Origin: the human T2T-CHM13v2.0 reference genome, Homo sapiens
Length of the DNA: 64,000 nt
Reading direction: 5' to 3' (one strand)
NCBI RefSeq assembly: GCF_009914755.1
Contig: NC_060940.1
Part shown: piece by piece, positions 29,319 to 42,766 of the stretch
How the letters are laid out: every line of letters begins with the position of its first letter
How positions within the stretch are numbered: position 1 is the stretch's first letter
The notes under the pieces: generated by a model
Seen by the model: the letters and a program-made list of their open reading frames with translations, nothing else
What the model was told of the DNA's origin: nothing
The model's database searches: none
Position numbers and translations under genes: made by a program

Positions 29319-29553
29319 CCAATAGAGATTTCTCTGAGAATTAGGTCCCCCACTATTAATAAGGTCATTGTCAGCTGAGTTGGGGAGGTGGCGTGGGTAG
29401 ATACAATTAATTTAGATTTTTTAAAAGGCTTTTGAGAATATTCGGAGAACCTAATATATTTTGAGACCTGACATTTATTTTAAACGTGAAAAGCAATTTA
29501 CAAAATTGCACATACTCTATAAATACACTTCTGTTATAAAAATAGACACGTAC

Positions 29554-29953
<400 letters not shown>

Positions 29954-29959
29954 TTATAG

Positions 29960-30160
29960 TTAAGTTAATGAACTTGGCCAGACAGACCTGGGATCAAATC
30001 CCGCCTCTATCATGAATTGGCTGTGAGGTGTGACATTGAAAAAGTGATTTAGCCTTTGTTCCCCTCCAGGTCCTTATCTGTAAGGTGGCAGTTACAATAA
30101 TACCCACCTCCCAGGGTTATATGTCAATGGGTTAGGCACAGACCTAGGAACTCAGCAAAT
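29960..30160 (+). mobile_element. MIR, apparently within an old L1 fragment
   Basis: GCCAGACAGACCTGGGATCAAATCCCGCCTCT..ATCTGTAAGGTGG..TAATACCCACCTCCCAGGGTT. Confidence 0.75.
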
Positions 30161-30375
30161 GGACTACTATGAAGTATTAGCTTTTTACTGTTTCTGGTTT
30201 TCTGATTTTTGTCTCCTGTTGTGAACATACGTTGCTTTTGTAATATGAAAAATAAAAAATAAAAGTTAAATTTGTTTTGTTTGTAAGAATCAGTTGAGGA
30301 CAGATGGGACTATTTGCATGGATTGGTGTCATGTTTGAAGTCAGTTACCAGAGGGTTTCTTTCAACAGAGTATAC

Positions 30376-30412
<37 letters not shown>

Positions 30413-32664
30413 TGCACAGACCCCAGCTTAGGACCTGGACTTAATCTTCATGATGTTTGTAAAGTAATACTTCTTGGAGAAACCTCCCAAATTTCTATCG
30501 ACACTAGACATCTCAGGATTTGAAATGTTAAGCTAACAAATTGTTCATCAGGTGTATCTCCAGCCCTCCGTAAACACTGCCGGATGGATGAACCTACGTA
30601 ATGATCTCCTGGTGCCATTTTCCTGACTGTAGATACTTGGGTAAGGAGGAGACTTTGACTCTAGATGACATGATGTACCCTGTGTTCTGCAAGCTGGAGA
30701 ACATCATGTAGAATCTGAAAATTAGGAGAGAGAGGCAATCAGAAGAAGACAGAGTGGTGTTGCAGGGACCTGCAGTCAGCCTAGTCCCCCAGTTTGCGTT
30801 TGAATTTGGTCCCAGATTTTTTTTGTTTTTGTTTTTTAGTAGTTAAAGCTGAGAGCAAACCACATTGCTTACTATTGTCAGGGAATGAAAACTATGCAAC
30901 AGAAGCCGATGTGCAGAGGTGACCGTGTTCGCTGGAATTGAACTTAAGCAGGTTCCTACCGCACAGATCCACACAGGAGGGATTGCGTAATGCACCCAGC
31001 AGAGTTGTGCTCAACTGTGATTTTATAAAAGACACAGAAACACATATTAAATAGACAATTCTTCTATCAGCCCTCTAAACTGGCATAACCTTGAATCATA
31101 ATTCAATGAATGCATTTCTGTGAGAAGTGAAGGTAATAAGCTCCAAGTGCTTTCGTTTCCTTTCTTTCTTTCTTAATGCAGGGAAAATTGAGATGGGATT
31201 CTCAGTTAAAACCCAAACGACGGGCCTGGGGGTTGTCACAATGTGATCCCTGAGGATGTTAGCCCCAATGTCTTTCTGTAGCCAGAACCAATAGAAAAAT
31301 GAGAGGAGGAGAGTAGAAGCAGAATAGCAAACAATTTTTCCTTTCATGGTCTACCTGTGTGACTGTGTATATGTCCAGAAGGGGATGTGGTTGGGGAAGG
31401 GCATAGTACACATATTTGAGCAGAGTACATGTGTTTCATTTCTTGCTCATACGACATGTCCAGTGTGGGCTGGCATGTTCTTCTGCACAGTCCCTGAGGG
31501 ACCCGGACTTATAGAGTCTGTGATCTCACAGCTGCTACATCTGGCACAGATGGCCTTCTTGATCTCCAGTTAGGGCGAGTCACAACAGCAATTAAATGGT
31601 TTGGTCTGAAGTGTCACGAGTCGTTTCCTCTTGGCTGCCTACTGGCTAGGCCAGTCAAGAGGGTGGGAATGTCTCATCCCCCTGTGGGCTTAGAAGAAAA
31701 CCAGAGGTCTGTGCACACTATGGATTTTTACTACAATGATGCCCTTTCACATACAGCGAGAAGGATTAAGAGGTACTGTATTGTTGGTTGATAAAGTCAA
31801 ACTTGTGAACAGAGCAAAAGGGCATTGCTTGGTCATTGCAGCTTCCACCCATGCACCTTACACAGAAGTTTGGGCCCTAACATGGAAACTTTTCAACACT
31901 GGCCAAATTCTGTTTGAAGCACTGTATTGAGCATACCATATGCTGAAAGACTTGGAATGCAAAAACCTAAGGCCAAGGGCACTTCTCAATATTAAACCCT
32001 CAGTTGTAATGGAGGCATCAAGACTATAAGACCCAAGACCTTAACTTTTGTGCTCCTTGTCTTGTGGAGGGAACATCCATCCTCAAAACAGAAACCTGTG
32101 AGATCCCTTGAATATACTGACAATACACTGATGAGAATTGAATGCCCCATAAATTGCATCTCCCGCAGGGCCTGATAGGTGCCCTGTCTTCCTGCTTATG
32201 ACTCTGAAACCCTGTTTATTTGTATCAAGGACGGTTGGTACTTTAATCATCAATAAACTAACATCTCAACAGCCTGCCATAAATTTCTTGTCAAAAAAAG
32301 AGGTTATGATTAGAATAATGTGATTAAAGAGAATTTGTAGATAGACTTACATCCCTCAGTTTCAAAGCTTCTAGTAGTAGGGCTTAGAGGTTCCTAGAGT
32401 AGGAAAAGCCTAGCCAAGCAGAAACCCATGTTTTTGACTTTCAGGATATTTGTGAATTAATTTACTTGCATATATTGGCCAAGATCTAGCATAATCTCTT
32501 AATATTCAATGAATAAAAAATTGAGTTTTGAGAGCAAATATTTTGGTAGGAAATAGAGAACTGACACTAATATTCTCTCTGACTATAATTGTAAAACAGT
32601 AGATGTCTTTCACCAAGCGCTAACATTATATTAATTATTAATAAAATCCAACTCCTTAATAATA

Positions 32665-32900
32665 CTATCATAGTTACCATTTATTGAGAGCACTCTTCTG
32701 AACATTTTGCATTCTTTATTTAATCTTCCCTACAACCTTATTAAGTAGACATTATCTTCATCTTATTAAGTAGTCAGTTCCTCATTTGCAGATGAGGAAA
32801 CTGGCTGACTGAGTTAAATGAATGCCAAAGTCACAGAGCTGCTGAGTGGCAGAGTTGTAATTCCCATGCAGAACTGTGTGGCATCAAAGCCATTTTTTAA
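32665..32900 (-). mobile_element. MIR
   Basis: TACCATTTATTGAG..TTTAATCTTCCCTACAACC..TTTGCAGATGAGGAAACTG..AAGTCACAGAGCT. Confidence 0.8.
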
Positions 32901-32950
32901 CTCATTGCAATGCACAGTGGGTTAAAATGAGATGATTGAAAATGAGATGT

Positions 32951-33232
32951 GGCTGGGCATGGTGGCTCACACCTCTAATTCCAGCACTTTGAGAGGATAA
33001 CTTGAGTCCGGGAGTTTGAGACCAGCCTGGGCAACAGAGCCAGACCATCCATCTCTACAAAAAATTTAAAAATTAGCTGGGTATGGTTGTGCACTCCTGT
33101 GGTTCCAGCTACTCAGGAGACTGCTGTAGGGGGATCACTTCAGCCCAGAAGTTCAAGGCTGCAGTGAGCTGTGATCGTTCCACTGCACTCTAGCATGCGT
33201 GACAGAGTGAGACTATCTCAAAAAAGAAAAAA
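32951..33232 (+). mobile_element. Alu (AluJ)
   Basis: CCTGGGCAAC, GTTCAAGGCTGCAGTGAGCTGTGATC; TSD AAAATGAGAT. Confidence 0.93.
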
Positions 33233-33241
33233 TGAGATTAT

Positions 33242-33390
33242 GGCCAGGGGTGGTGGCTCCTGCCTATAATCCTAGCCCTTTGGGAGGCCAAGGTGGGAAC
33301 ATCATTTGAGCCCAGGAGTTAAAGACCAGCCTGGGCACATAGTGAGACAGCAGCTTTACAAAAGAGAGAGAGAGAAAGAAAGAGAGAGAG
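33242..33390 (+). mobile_element. Left Alu monomer (FLAM) with (GA)n tail
   Basis: GGCCAGGGGTGGTGGCTC..TTGAGCCCAGGAGTT..ATAGTGAGAC then a GA repeat. Confidence 0.85.
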
Positions 33391-33739
33391 ATTATTTCTA
33401 GAATAAGCAAACCAAACGTGAATTAAGTTTTCATTCTCATTTTAGTGATTCTCTAAGTACATACCCACATTCTGATTCCCTCAGCACTTTAGGACTGACT
33501 GATTAGCAGTAACTGCCCTCCCACTGGTACCACTGTGGCCAGGGAGTGACTGCAAGGGTCAAAACTTTTGTTGGGGAGCTGTTTGGACTAAGTGAATGTC
33601 CAGCCCCAACTCAGGGATGTTGTATTGGTTCTAATCTCTGCTTCTGAGGAAATGGTTACCTGCAGGGCGATTGTGGCCTGCTCCTCGTGGGATATATTGA
33701 GATGGTTCCTTTTAATCCATTTCTTTTAAAAAAAAAATT

Positions 33740-33864
33740 CTTTTTAAAGAGATGGGATTTCATTATGTTGCCCAGGTTGGCCTCAAAGTCCTGGGATGAA
33801 GAGCTTCTCCTGTCTTAGTCTCCTGAGTAGCTGGGACGACAGGTGCCTGCAACCATGTCTGGCT
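33740..33864 (-). mobile_element. Alu monomer (FLAM/FAM-like)
   Basis: GAGATGGGATTTCATTATGTTGCCCAGG..GAGTAGCTGGGAC..CCATGTCTGGC. Confidence 0.8.
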
Positions 33865-33999
33865 TAAATCCATCCTTAAACAAGTTCAATGTTTTATTTC
33901 CTTCAGATAAAATGAGAGTGGAGAGACCACAGTGATGCCCAGGAATAGTCATGGTTGGCGATTAAATAGCCATTGAGTCTCTATTCTGAAACAGGCACC

Positions 34000-34381
34000 G
34001 TGTTCATTTGCTATGGCTAACATGACAAAATACCACCCACAGGGGATATTAAACATTAGAAACTTACTGTCTCACAGTTCTGGAGGCTGGAAATTCAAGA
34101 CAAAGTTGCTGGCAGGGTCTCTCTGAGGCCTCTCTCCTTGGCTTGCAGACGGCCGCCTTCTTGCTCTGTCCTCACGTGGCCTTCCGTCTGTTTCTTGGTG
34201 CACATCCCTGGTGTCTCTTCCTCCTCTTATAAGGACACCAGTCCTCTTGGATTAGGGCACCACGCTTATGACATCATTTAACTTAGTTACCCTTTCAAAG
34301 GCTTTGTCTTGAAATACAGTCACATGGAGGGTTAGAACTTCAGGATATAAATTTGAGGGGGACGCAGTTTAGTCTGTAACA
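34000..34381 (-). mobile_element. MaLR LTR (MLT1B/C-like) nested in L2
   Basis: CTCACAGTTCTGGAGGCTGGAA..TCTTATAAGGACACCAGTC..TTAGTCTGTAACA; L2-like flanks. Confidence 0.87.
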
Positions 34382-34924
34382 TGCTCTATGCTGGGCACAA
34401 GGAATGTTATGGTGGATAAGGGGAAAATGGTCCCTACCCTCTGTCAGTTTTTTATGGAAGAAGAAAGACGGTCTTTAAAGAAATTTACATAATTAATCAC
34501 AAAAAGCTAATACTATGACAAAGAATGTAAGTTACTAATACAGCTTAGAACAGATGACTCTAACCTTGTGTAGGAGCTAGAGAAGGCTTCTCTGAGGAGG
34601 TGAGGTTGGAACTGAAGCATGAAAGGGAACAGAAGGGGGTCAGGCAGGAGAAGGCTTGGGACCAGGAGGTAGAGAAAACAGTAGTGTGATCAGAACTTTA
34701 AGGCCCGGTTCTGTATACAACAGGTTTCGGGACTTGAAAGGCAGCCCACATTGAGTGTAACTAGAAAGTGAGGGCAAGAGATTGTTCAAAAGAATACTGG
34801 ACCCAGAGTTTCATCACTTTGTTAATTACATCTCATATTGTGGGATTGCAATTACCTTGCCCAAGAAAAGATTATTTACGATTCCATTGTTTATATTGTT
34901 TGTTGAAATAATTAATTCTCAAAA

Positions 34925-35100
34925 CTTCTGGATACCTGAGACTCAGCTAGGAACTTATTTTTAAAATATAAATTCCTAGTCCCACTCCCTAAAGATTCTG
35001 AGTTAGTACATTCAGGATGGGGTCTAGGAATCAGTGTGTTTAAGAAGTGCATCAGGTTCTTCTGGTACTGATTGTCCATGAACCACACTTTGAGAAAGCT
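34925..35100. mobile_element. MER5-type hAT fragment
   Basis: AGATTCTGA..GGATGGGGTCTAGGAATC..GAACCACACTTTGAGAA. Confidence 0.7.
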
Positions 35101-35191
35101 CCATCTAAAGAGATAAGTTACTGACGTGTGTTACCAGAGAGAGCCTAGAAAACCTGGGCACAACAGTAGTTGTTAAGAACTACCAGACCTG

Positions 35192-35474
35192 GGCCAGGCC
35201 CGGTGGCTCATGCCCGTAATCTTAGCACTTTGGGAGGCTGAGGCGGGTGGATCACTTGAGCCCAGGGGTTTCAGATCAGTCTGGGCAACATGGTGAAACC
35301 CTACCTCTACAAAAAATAGAAAAAATTAGCTGGGCATGGTAGTGCATGCCTGTGGTCCCAGCTACTTGGGAGGCTGAGGTTCGAGGGTTGCTTGAGCCTG
35401 GGAGGTCAAAGCTGCAGTGAGCCAAGATCATGCCACTGCACTCCAGCCTGGGAGAGTGTGAGACCTTGTCTCAG

Positions 35475-35510
<36 letters not shown>
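35192..35510 (+). mobile_element. Alu (AluJ) with pure A36 tail
   Basis: TTGAGCCCAGG, CTGGGCAACATGG, GCTTGAGCCTGGGAGGTCAAAGCTGCAG; TSD AACTACCAG(A/G)CCTG. Confidence 0.94.
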
Positions 35511-35511
<1 letters not shown>

Positions 35512-35569
35512 AACTACCAGGCCTGTTGGAATGTCTGCCAGTTTCAACCCACGGGGATAGGGTGAGATG

Positions 35570-35790
35570 AACATTGATTGAGCCTTTACATTGGAGACAC
35601 TATAACAAATGCTTTGCGTACATCAGCTCTTTCAAATTAATACAATTCTACTAGAGGGGGCACTATTAGTATCCCCAATTTACAGATGAAAAAAATGAGG
35701 GACAGAGAGGTTAGATGTGTATCTAAGGTCACATAGCTCACAAACGACACAGCATGCACCCAAATGCCAGGTTTCAATGACCCTGTGGTG
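35570..35790 (-). mobile_element. MIR
   Basis: ATCCCCAATTTACAGATGA..CAGAGAGGTTA..TAAGGTCACATAGCT. Confidence 0.75.
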
Positions 35791-35892
35791 AAGTGTGATT
35801 GCTGGCATTTGCCTAGTGTTGACTGTGCTCTAGACACTGTATTAGTTACAAGTGATTCTACTTCTCATTCATTAGGCCATCCAGAAAGCCTT

Positions 35893-36570
<678 letters not shown>

Positions 36571-38622
36571 GATGTGGATATGATTTGAGCTAAGACTCTG
36601 CTGTTGATTCTCTTCAAAAACTTGGCAGTAGCCCTTGGATCCCATTAATTGCATTCAACAGTCATGTATTTTATTAATTTTTGTTCCTAAAGAAAAAAAA
36701 AATCCAGATTGCTTAGAAAATAAATGTGACTCACGCAGAGCAGAATCCGAATTTTCTAAGTGATGAACATGTTAACATATTATTTTAATCTAAAGACATC
36801 CTATCCCTGAATTTAGGGGGAGACATTTTTTTAAGTAAGGTTTATTTTTAAAATTGTTTTGCAAACATTTTAACAGTACATCACTGCCTCATTGGATGAA
36901 TCATATTTTTAACTTTCACTTCCCATCAATTTAAACATCATCTCTCAAGGAACTGATGGGCCGGTTGACTCTAAATGATTTTGCCTTTCATGCAGTATTG
37001 TTCCATCCGCCTGCCACAGAAGTGATTCCAGGTCATTCCAATTTATTTAATTAATTTTGGAGATGAAATTATTTTGCCCAATAACTAGAATGCTAATGGG
37101 ACTTAGTGTAATGGTTTAGTTCAGGTTTGTTGGTTTGAAAATAAACGCCTTCATTTCAATATTTGCCTTTTGGCTGCAGCCCGTTAACTGGTCACATGCT
37201 GTAACCTCATTAACATCAAGGCTTAATTGTAAGTTAATGTGCACCTAGTTTTTGTAAAGAAGGTTTCTATCTTAACTGCCAAGTTTTGCCCCCCAAATAT
37301 AGCCCCAAACTGGCATTTCCAACAGATGGATGGGTTGGTGTAATATAATTCATGCTTTTAAACATCATACTTTTATCGGTGCCTTGATAATAAATATTTG
37401 AACTTATTTTTAGAAGTTAGAATAAAGTGAGGAAAATAAATCTCAGCTCTCTAGAGTGTCACTGTGGTATTGAGATTTGTGGAGGTGTACTACATCCGTA
37501 ATTGGGAGAGATTGCCGGTCGTAAAGGAGGGACAATAGAACCTCTGTAGAATCAAAGGCAGAATTAAAATCTGCATGTTAATAGCTTTCCTGCCAGCCAC
37601 GAATAGATTCATTCTTCACGTCTCAGATATATAAAGCTTATTTCAAAATAAATTCTGGGGAGCGTTCAACCTGATTGAATCTGCTGTAAGCTCTGTTAAT
37701 ATATTTGTTCGAGTCACTTGCACTCAAAAGGTTTTTAGACAGAATATCACTTTTTTATATTATTCATGGTAATGTAATTCCCCCCTTTAATCTCTTCAGG
37801 GTTTCCCATTCAGTCATGATATGCGGTTCAGAGAAAGTTGGATCGACCATTAATCATGCTATCTCGACTTCTGTGTGTCTCCTTTTTGTCCATCTCTTAA
37901 ATCAGTCACTTGGCAGCAGCAAGACATGTGGCCACTCCAGACCATTTGATCGAAGAGCTCTTGTTAGGAGATTAGGCTGCTAATCTGCAAGCGAGCTAAT
38001 GGAAATCATTCTGGGCAAGGAAACAAAACTGAACAACATTAGCAAAATCACTACATATTATAGGAATCAAGTACATTCTGAACGGCTTAATCCTACAGTT
38101 TAGATATGAAGCCTAAGGGTAAGATGAACGTCTTAGATGATCTGAGATATCCAAATACCTGTAACAAACATTTGTATGGTGTATGTAGGGCAGGAACCCC
38201 ATCAGAATTGGGGAATCTTTAAAGGATTTTTTATTTAGCCAGATAAAATAAACAAGGACAGAGTTGACTGAGAAAAAAGAAAGAAAAAAAAGAAAAGTCA
38301 GGAGAGGAGGACTGAAAATTCCCATCCCACCCCCGCAACAATGAAGGGAAATGCCTAGGTTGAAAACACGCAATACACATTCAATAAATGTTCATGGTTG
38401 AATGAAGTTACCTGGTAGGGATTTAATCTTTATTTCAAAAAGAGTGGCTGTGAATCTTTAAAAATTTCTTTGGTTCTTTAACATTCTCTTCTTCACTAAA
38501 CCCAAATTAATAATTCCTTACTATTGTCATTAAAAGTTCTCACTGGATCATTCCATTTATACTCAGAGTAACAAAGCAAACCCAATTATTTGAGAGACAC
38601 TGAAATGAATTTTGAGTCTAGA

Positions 38623-38838
38623 ACAGCATCTGCAAACTTTGCAAAGGTTCACATGATAAATATTTTCTGCTTTGTGGCCTACAAGGTACCTATCACAACT
38701 ACTAAGCTATCATGCATTAGTGAAAGCACATAGATAATCTATAAGCCAATGGGCATGGTTGTGTGACAATAAAACTTTATTTAGAAAAACAGGTGGTAGA
38801 CTGGATTTAGCTTGTGGGTTGTAGTTTGCTGGCCTCTG
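38623..38838 (+). mobile_element. MER58A (hAT-Charlie)
   Basis: GCAAACTTT..TAAATATTTT..GCTTTGTGG..CAATAAAACTTTATTT..AAACAGGTGG..GTAGTTTGCTG. Confidence 0.85.
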
Positions 38839-39352
38839 GTCAAGAGCACTTGTTTGTCTGGGAGACATAATTTCAAAAATCATTTTCTTTTTTGATTTTC
38901 ATGGTTTTAGAACATGATATTTTCTACTATGGATGAATGCTCCTCTTTTGAATTTTCATTTTTGTCTGACATAACTCAAAGTGCTTGCTTTGGGAGTTCT
39001 TGTTAACCCTGACAATTCTTGTCAAATATCTTACTCCTGGGCTGTGCTGGGGATGGCAGCAGAGTGGGGTGGTTGGATGGGAAGGCGGGAAAGAGCTAGC
39101 TTGGAGATGATACGCTTTTCCATCCTTGAATAACTTGGGAAAAAGTCAGGAGTGTGGAATGAAGAATTGGAATATAAAGGCTGAGGGCGGACCTAATTTT
39201 TTTTTTAAGGATTAAGAAAAAAGGAGTAAGAGAGATGGTATGACTTATCACTTGGCTGGGGACTCAGCATTAATTGATAAATCCACTGTAAGGAATGCAT
39301 GACACTGTCTTTTGAAGAAAGACATTGCATGTTAGGATTCTGAGTAACAGTC

Positions 39353-39565
39353 AATATATTCAGTGAAACAAATACCTAATATATTCCATGAAACAAGTAT
39401 CGTGAATATATTCCATGAAACAAATATCATGAATATATTGTGTGAAACAAATATCGTGAATATATTCCATGAAACAGATATCCAGTATATTCCATGAAAC
39501 AAATATCATGAATTTATTCCATGAAACAAATATCGTGAATATATTCCATGAAACAAAATACTGTG
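39353..39565. repeat. Minisatellite, 27-bp unit, about 8 copies
   Basis: Consensus AATATATTCCATGAAACAAATATCGTG repeated head to tail with no spacers. Confidence 0.97.
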
Positions 39566-41177
39566 AAATCATACCACTGATTTTTGAAGAAACCTAATGA
39601 AAACAGCATGCTCCTATATCTTTTTTCTGGGTGATCTTTAGATATCTCGTCTTCCAAACTTTTGTGTAGCATTGTCTGAATTTTCCCAAGAAAGGAGGAT
39701 GTTGATCTCCTATTTATTTATATTTATTTAAATTTTTAACCTTTACATTGACCCAGTGTTGTAAGGAAATGGGAGAATATTGCCCTGATGTCTGGGAAAT
39801 TGGGACTCCCATCCTACAATTCAAGTGTTGGAATGTTGCAGGGAGGCTGGGCTAAGGTGTTCTGTTCCTGTCTCTGGTTCAAAGGAAAGGAATAGCCTAG
39901 ACCTAAAGGATTCTGTCTGGTAGCTGTTTGCTCTTCGCGCCTGTGCTTTGAATGGTGAATACCCTCGGCGGGAGGCAGGCACCTGATGCCACTGCCCCCG
40001 CCCCACCTGCCCCCGCCCCGTTTCTCAGATCACACAGGCAGGCTGAGGAGCGCTTAACACCCCAGCCTCCCATGAAGCATCCTGAAAAAGCAGACTTTGT
40101 CTTCCTCCATCAGCTTTGTTTGTCCTCTGCCGAGACTCCAGGGACATGATTGCTCTTCATTTTACGCTCGAGATCAAAATAAACAGAAACCACTTTCAGC
40201 TTTCCCGTTCCAGGGTTAAGTGCCCAAGCAGGTGTTGTTTCTGTTATGTGGTTTGCAGTGAGCAAAACCACCCCCTCTTAACTGTGGCAGCAAAGGCAGG
40301 GAGACTTTGAGACCTGGGGAGGGCTCTCTGCTGTGTTAACAGAACTGGCTCTTGGTTGGGGGGTGGGGGGCACCCATTCTTGGCTTCTTATAACACTTCC
40401 TTTCTCATGCATTACCTGGGGCTCCCTCTGGAAAGAAAATGGTGGAGAGGTTACTGGCCTGATGACCCAGGGACCCAGGCAGTCCTTACAGGGACCCAGA
40501 ATTTCACATGCAAATGTGACCTCCAATTAAAGCTGGACTTGATTAACCCCATTTCCCCTCAAAAGATGATACTTGTAATGCCGTTCCGATGAGGCCGTCT
40601 CACTCCGTAAACTGTCATCTGATTTACACAAAGCCATCTGCTTCCATACGGGGTGTTTTATTTGGGATCCAGGAGGGGAGAAGGCGCATCTGCCCCCTCC
40701 ATAGCATCTGAATCTTAATGAATAAAAGCACTGACACTTCTTTAAAAGGGAATAGCGTGATGCTATTTACAGTTTATACAGTTTTGTAATCCAGCTCCAT
40801 GCTGGATATTTACCGTCAGTCATTTGAGGAAGTTCACTTCTCTGCTGGTTTTCTGAGTGAGGGAGCGATGAGTAGAGGAGCAGCTGGAGGGTCCAGGAGC
40901 CCCCTGAACTGAGTATCCGGTGGGAGGTCAGATTTCCGCATTCAGAACGAGAGCTCATACGGCATCCACGCGTGTCTTTCTCACGCATATCCCCAGCCCG
41001 AGTAGAAGAGGACTTCTGCATCTCTGTTAGTTCTTTCTCCTCCTAAGAAAAAGCAGATTTTAAGTAACTTATCATTTGTTCATTTAATTACTCATTCTTT
41101 ATTCCTTCTTCATTCATTTTCCTTTTCTCCTTCCTTTCTCCCTCTGTTCTCTCTGTTTTAACAGGTTTTATTCTTAT

Positions 41178-41930
41178 TGTGGTATGGTAAGGCCAAGATG
41201 AGGAAATGACTGCTATTGCAAAGATGGTTTGTTACTCACAGATCCATGGGGACTCCACATGCCACAGGGAGTTACCTGGGAAAGCCCCAGGGTTGGGCAG
41301 GAGGCAGAGGGAGAGGGGGAGAACTGTCAAGAGTTTTGAGCTGGAAGCTATTATCCTCAGCAAACTAACACAGGAACAGAAAACCAAATACCGCATGGTG
41401 TCACTTGTAAGTGGGAGCTGAACAATGAGAACACATGGACACAGGGAGGGAAACAACACACACTGGGGCTTGTGAGGAGTGGGGTTGGGGGAGGGAGAGC
41501 ATCAGGAAGAATAGCTAATGGATGTTGGGCTTAATACCTAGGCGATGGGTTGATAGGTGCAGCAAACCACCATGGCACAGGTTTACCTATGTAACAAACC
41601 TGCACATCCTGCACATGTACCCTGGAACTTAAATTTTTTTAAAAAATGTTTTTATTGTGATTTTCACAGGAAAGAAGGGGCCAGGCAGGGTAAGCAGGCT
41701 TAGGATTGGCTGGCTTGGGTCATTTCCATGGGCTCTGGGACACAGGGGTTGTCTTTAGGTGTCTGACCCATGGCTATGGGGTGATTAGGGTAGGTGGGTG
41801 TGGCCTGGAGTTCGAGCCCAATAAAGCCAGTGGTGAGGGTGTGGCTGTGAATTGGTTGGTTTGCATTTGAACTGTGGTTACCAGTGAGCTGTCTACTATC
41901 TCTAAGAATCCGCTAGAGCCCTGTAAAGAA
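41178..41930. mobile_element. Old LTR (probably ERVL-class) interrupted by L1
   Basis: GATGGTTTGTTACTCACAG..TTTATTGTG..GGCAGGGTAAGCAGGCTTAGGATTGGCT..ATTGGTTGGTTTGCAT; family uncertain. Confidence 0.65.
41338..41635 (+). mobile_element. L1PA 3' fragment, 5'-truncated
   Basis: GAGCTGGAAGC.ATTATCCTCAGCAAACTAACACAGGAACAGAAAACCAAATACCGCATG...TGTAACAAACCTGCACATCCTGCACATGTACCC. Confidence 0.93.
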
Positions 41931-42642
41931 AGCCTACAAGGGAGCAGGTTTTAGGCAATAATAAGTGAGCAGTATGGCGCCCTAATAGAAGGAGGGATGC
42001 CTGTGGCCAATATACACGGCTCAAAGTTGACCATGATAGAGAACCTTTCCCTAGAAGGTCTGTGAGGGAGGAGGCCTGGGAGAGACAGCAGGGTGACCAG
42101 AGTAAGTGAAGTCACCGAGGTGCCAATGAGTGTGGCCCTGCAGGTCCTGCAGACCCCCCTGGTGGCAGTATTGGTGGTCACAGCTGGCAAAGGGAAGTGT
42201 GGCTGCCCGGAGAGCTTGGCTGAGGTTGGAACGTGGGAGTTTAAGAGAGCAAACTCCCACAGCTTGGTGCAGAGAGAAAAGTGTAGAAAGGTCGGGTGTC
42301 ATACAACAGAGGGCTGTGATGCTCTACTGAGGAGTGGAAGTGTTTTTCTGAGGGCATCAAACACGCCGTCAAGCAGGGAGGCAACAAATCTGAGTTGTTC
42401 CACAGATACTTTGAGTGCAGTACAAGTTGGTAATGGGTAACAGGCTAAACCATGTGGCACCCCTTCCCTCTTATCAGCTTCTTGCTACCATGCAGAAAAG
42501 TGCTGAAGGTGGCCTGCCCTAAGGCAGTAGCACTAGAGCAGGGATGGGGAGGACTTGGTGGCCAGATGCATGTGGACATGATGGAAAGGGAAGAGAAGAA
42601 CTGTCAAGATTTTCACTATCAGTGGTATAAGCCCCGTAGTAA

Positions 42643-42766
42643 TATGCCTAGTGTTCCATTATTGGAACACTAAGTATGTGGGAATTATTTATATCCTACC
42701 GCTCAAAGCCATCACCAAGGTCTGATCGTGAAAATTCAAAAAATTGCAACCTGAGGCATAAATGGG
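42643..42766 (+). mobile_element. MER85 (non-autonomous piggyBac/PGBD3 derivative)
   Basis: TATGCCTAGTGTTCCATTATTGGAAC..GTGGGAATTATTTATATCCTAC..CCAAGGTCTGAT..AAAATTCAAAAAATTGCAACCTGAGGCATAAATGGG then TTTTAA; outer part of left TIR missing. Confidence 0.92.

Noticed and set aside
35649-35666. CTCF-like CTACTAGAGGGGGCACTA in a MIR
   Set aside because: Spacing does not fit the core motif without several mismatches
39353-39572. CRISPR-like array and the repetitive ORF 39360..39572
   Set aside because: Units abut with no unique spacers, there are no cas genes and the DNA is human; the peptide repeat only reflects the 27-bp period
42150-42170. CTCF-like CCCCCTGGTGGCAG
   Set aside because: Mismatch at a high-information core position in either orientation
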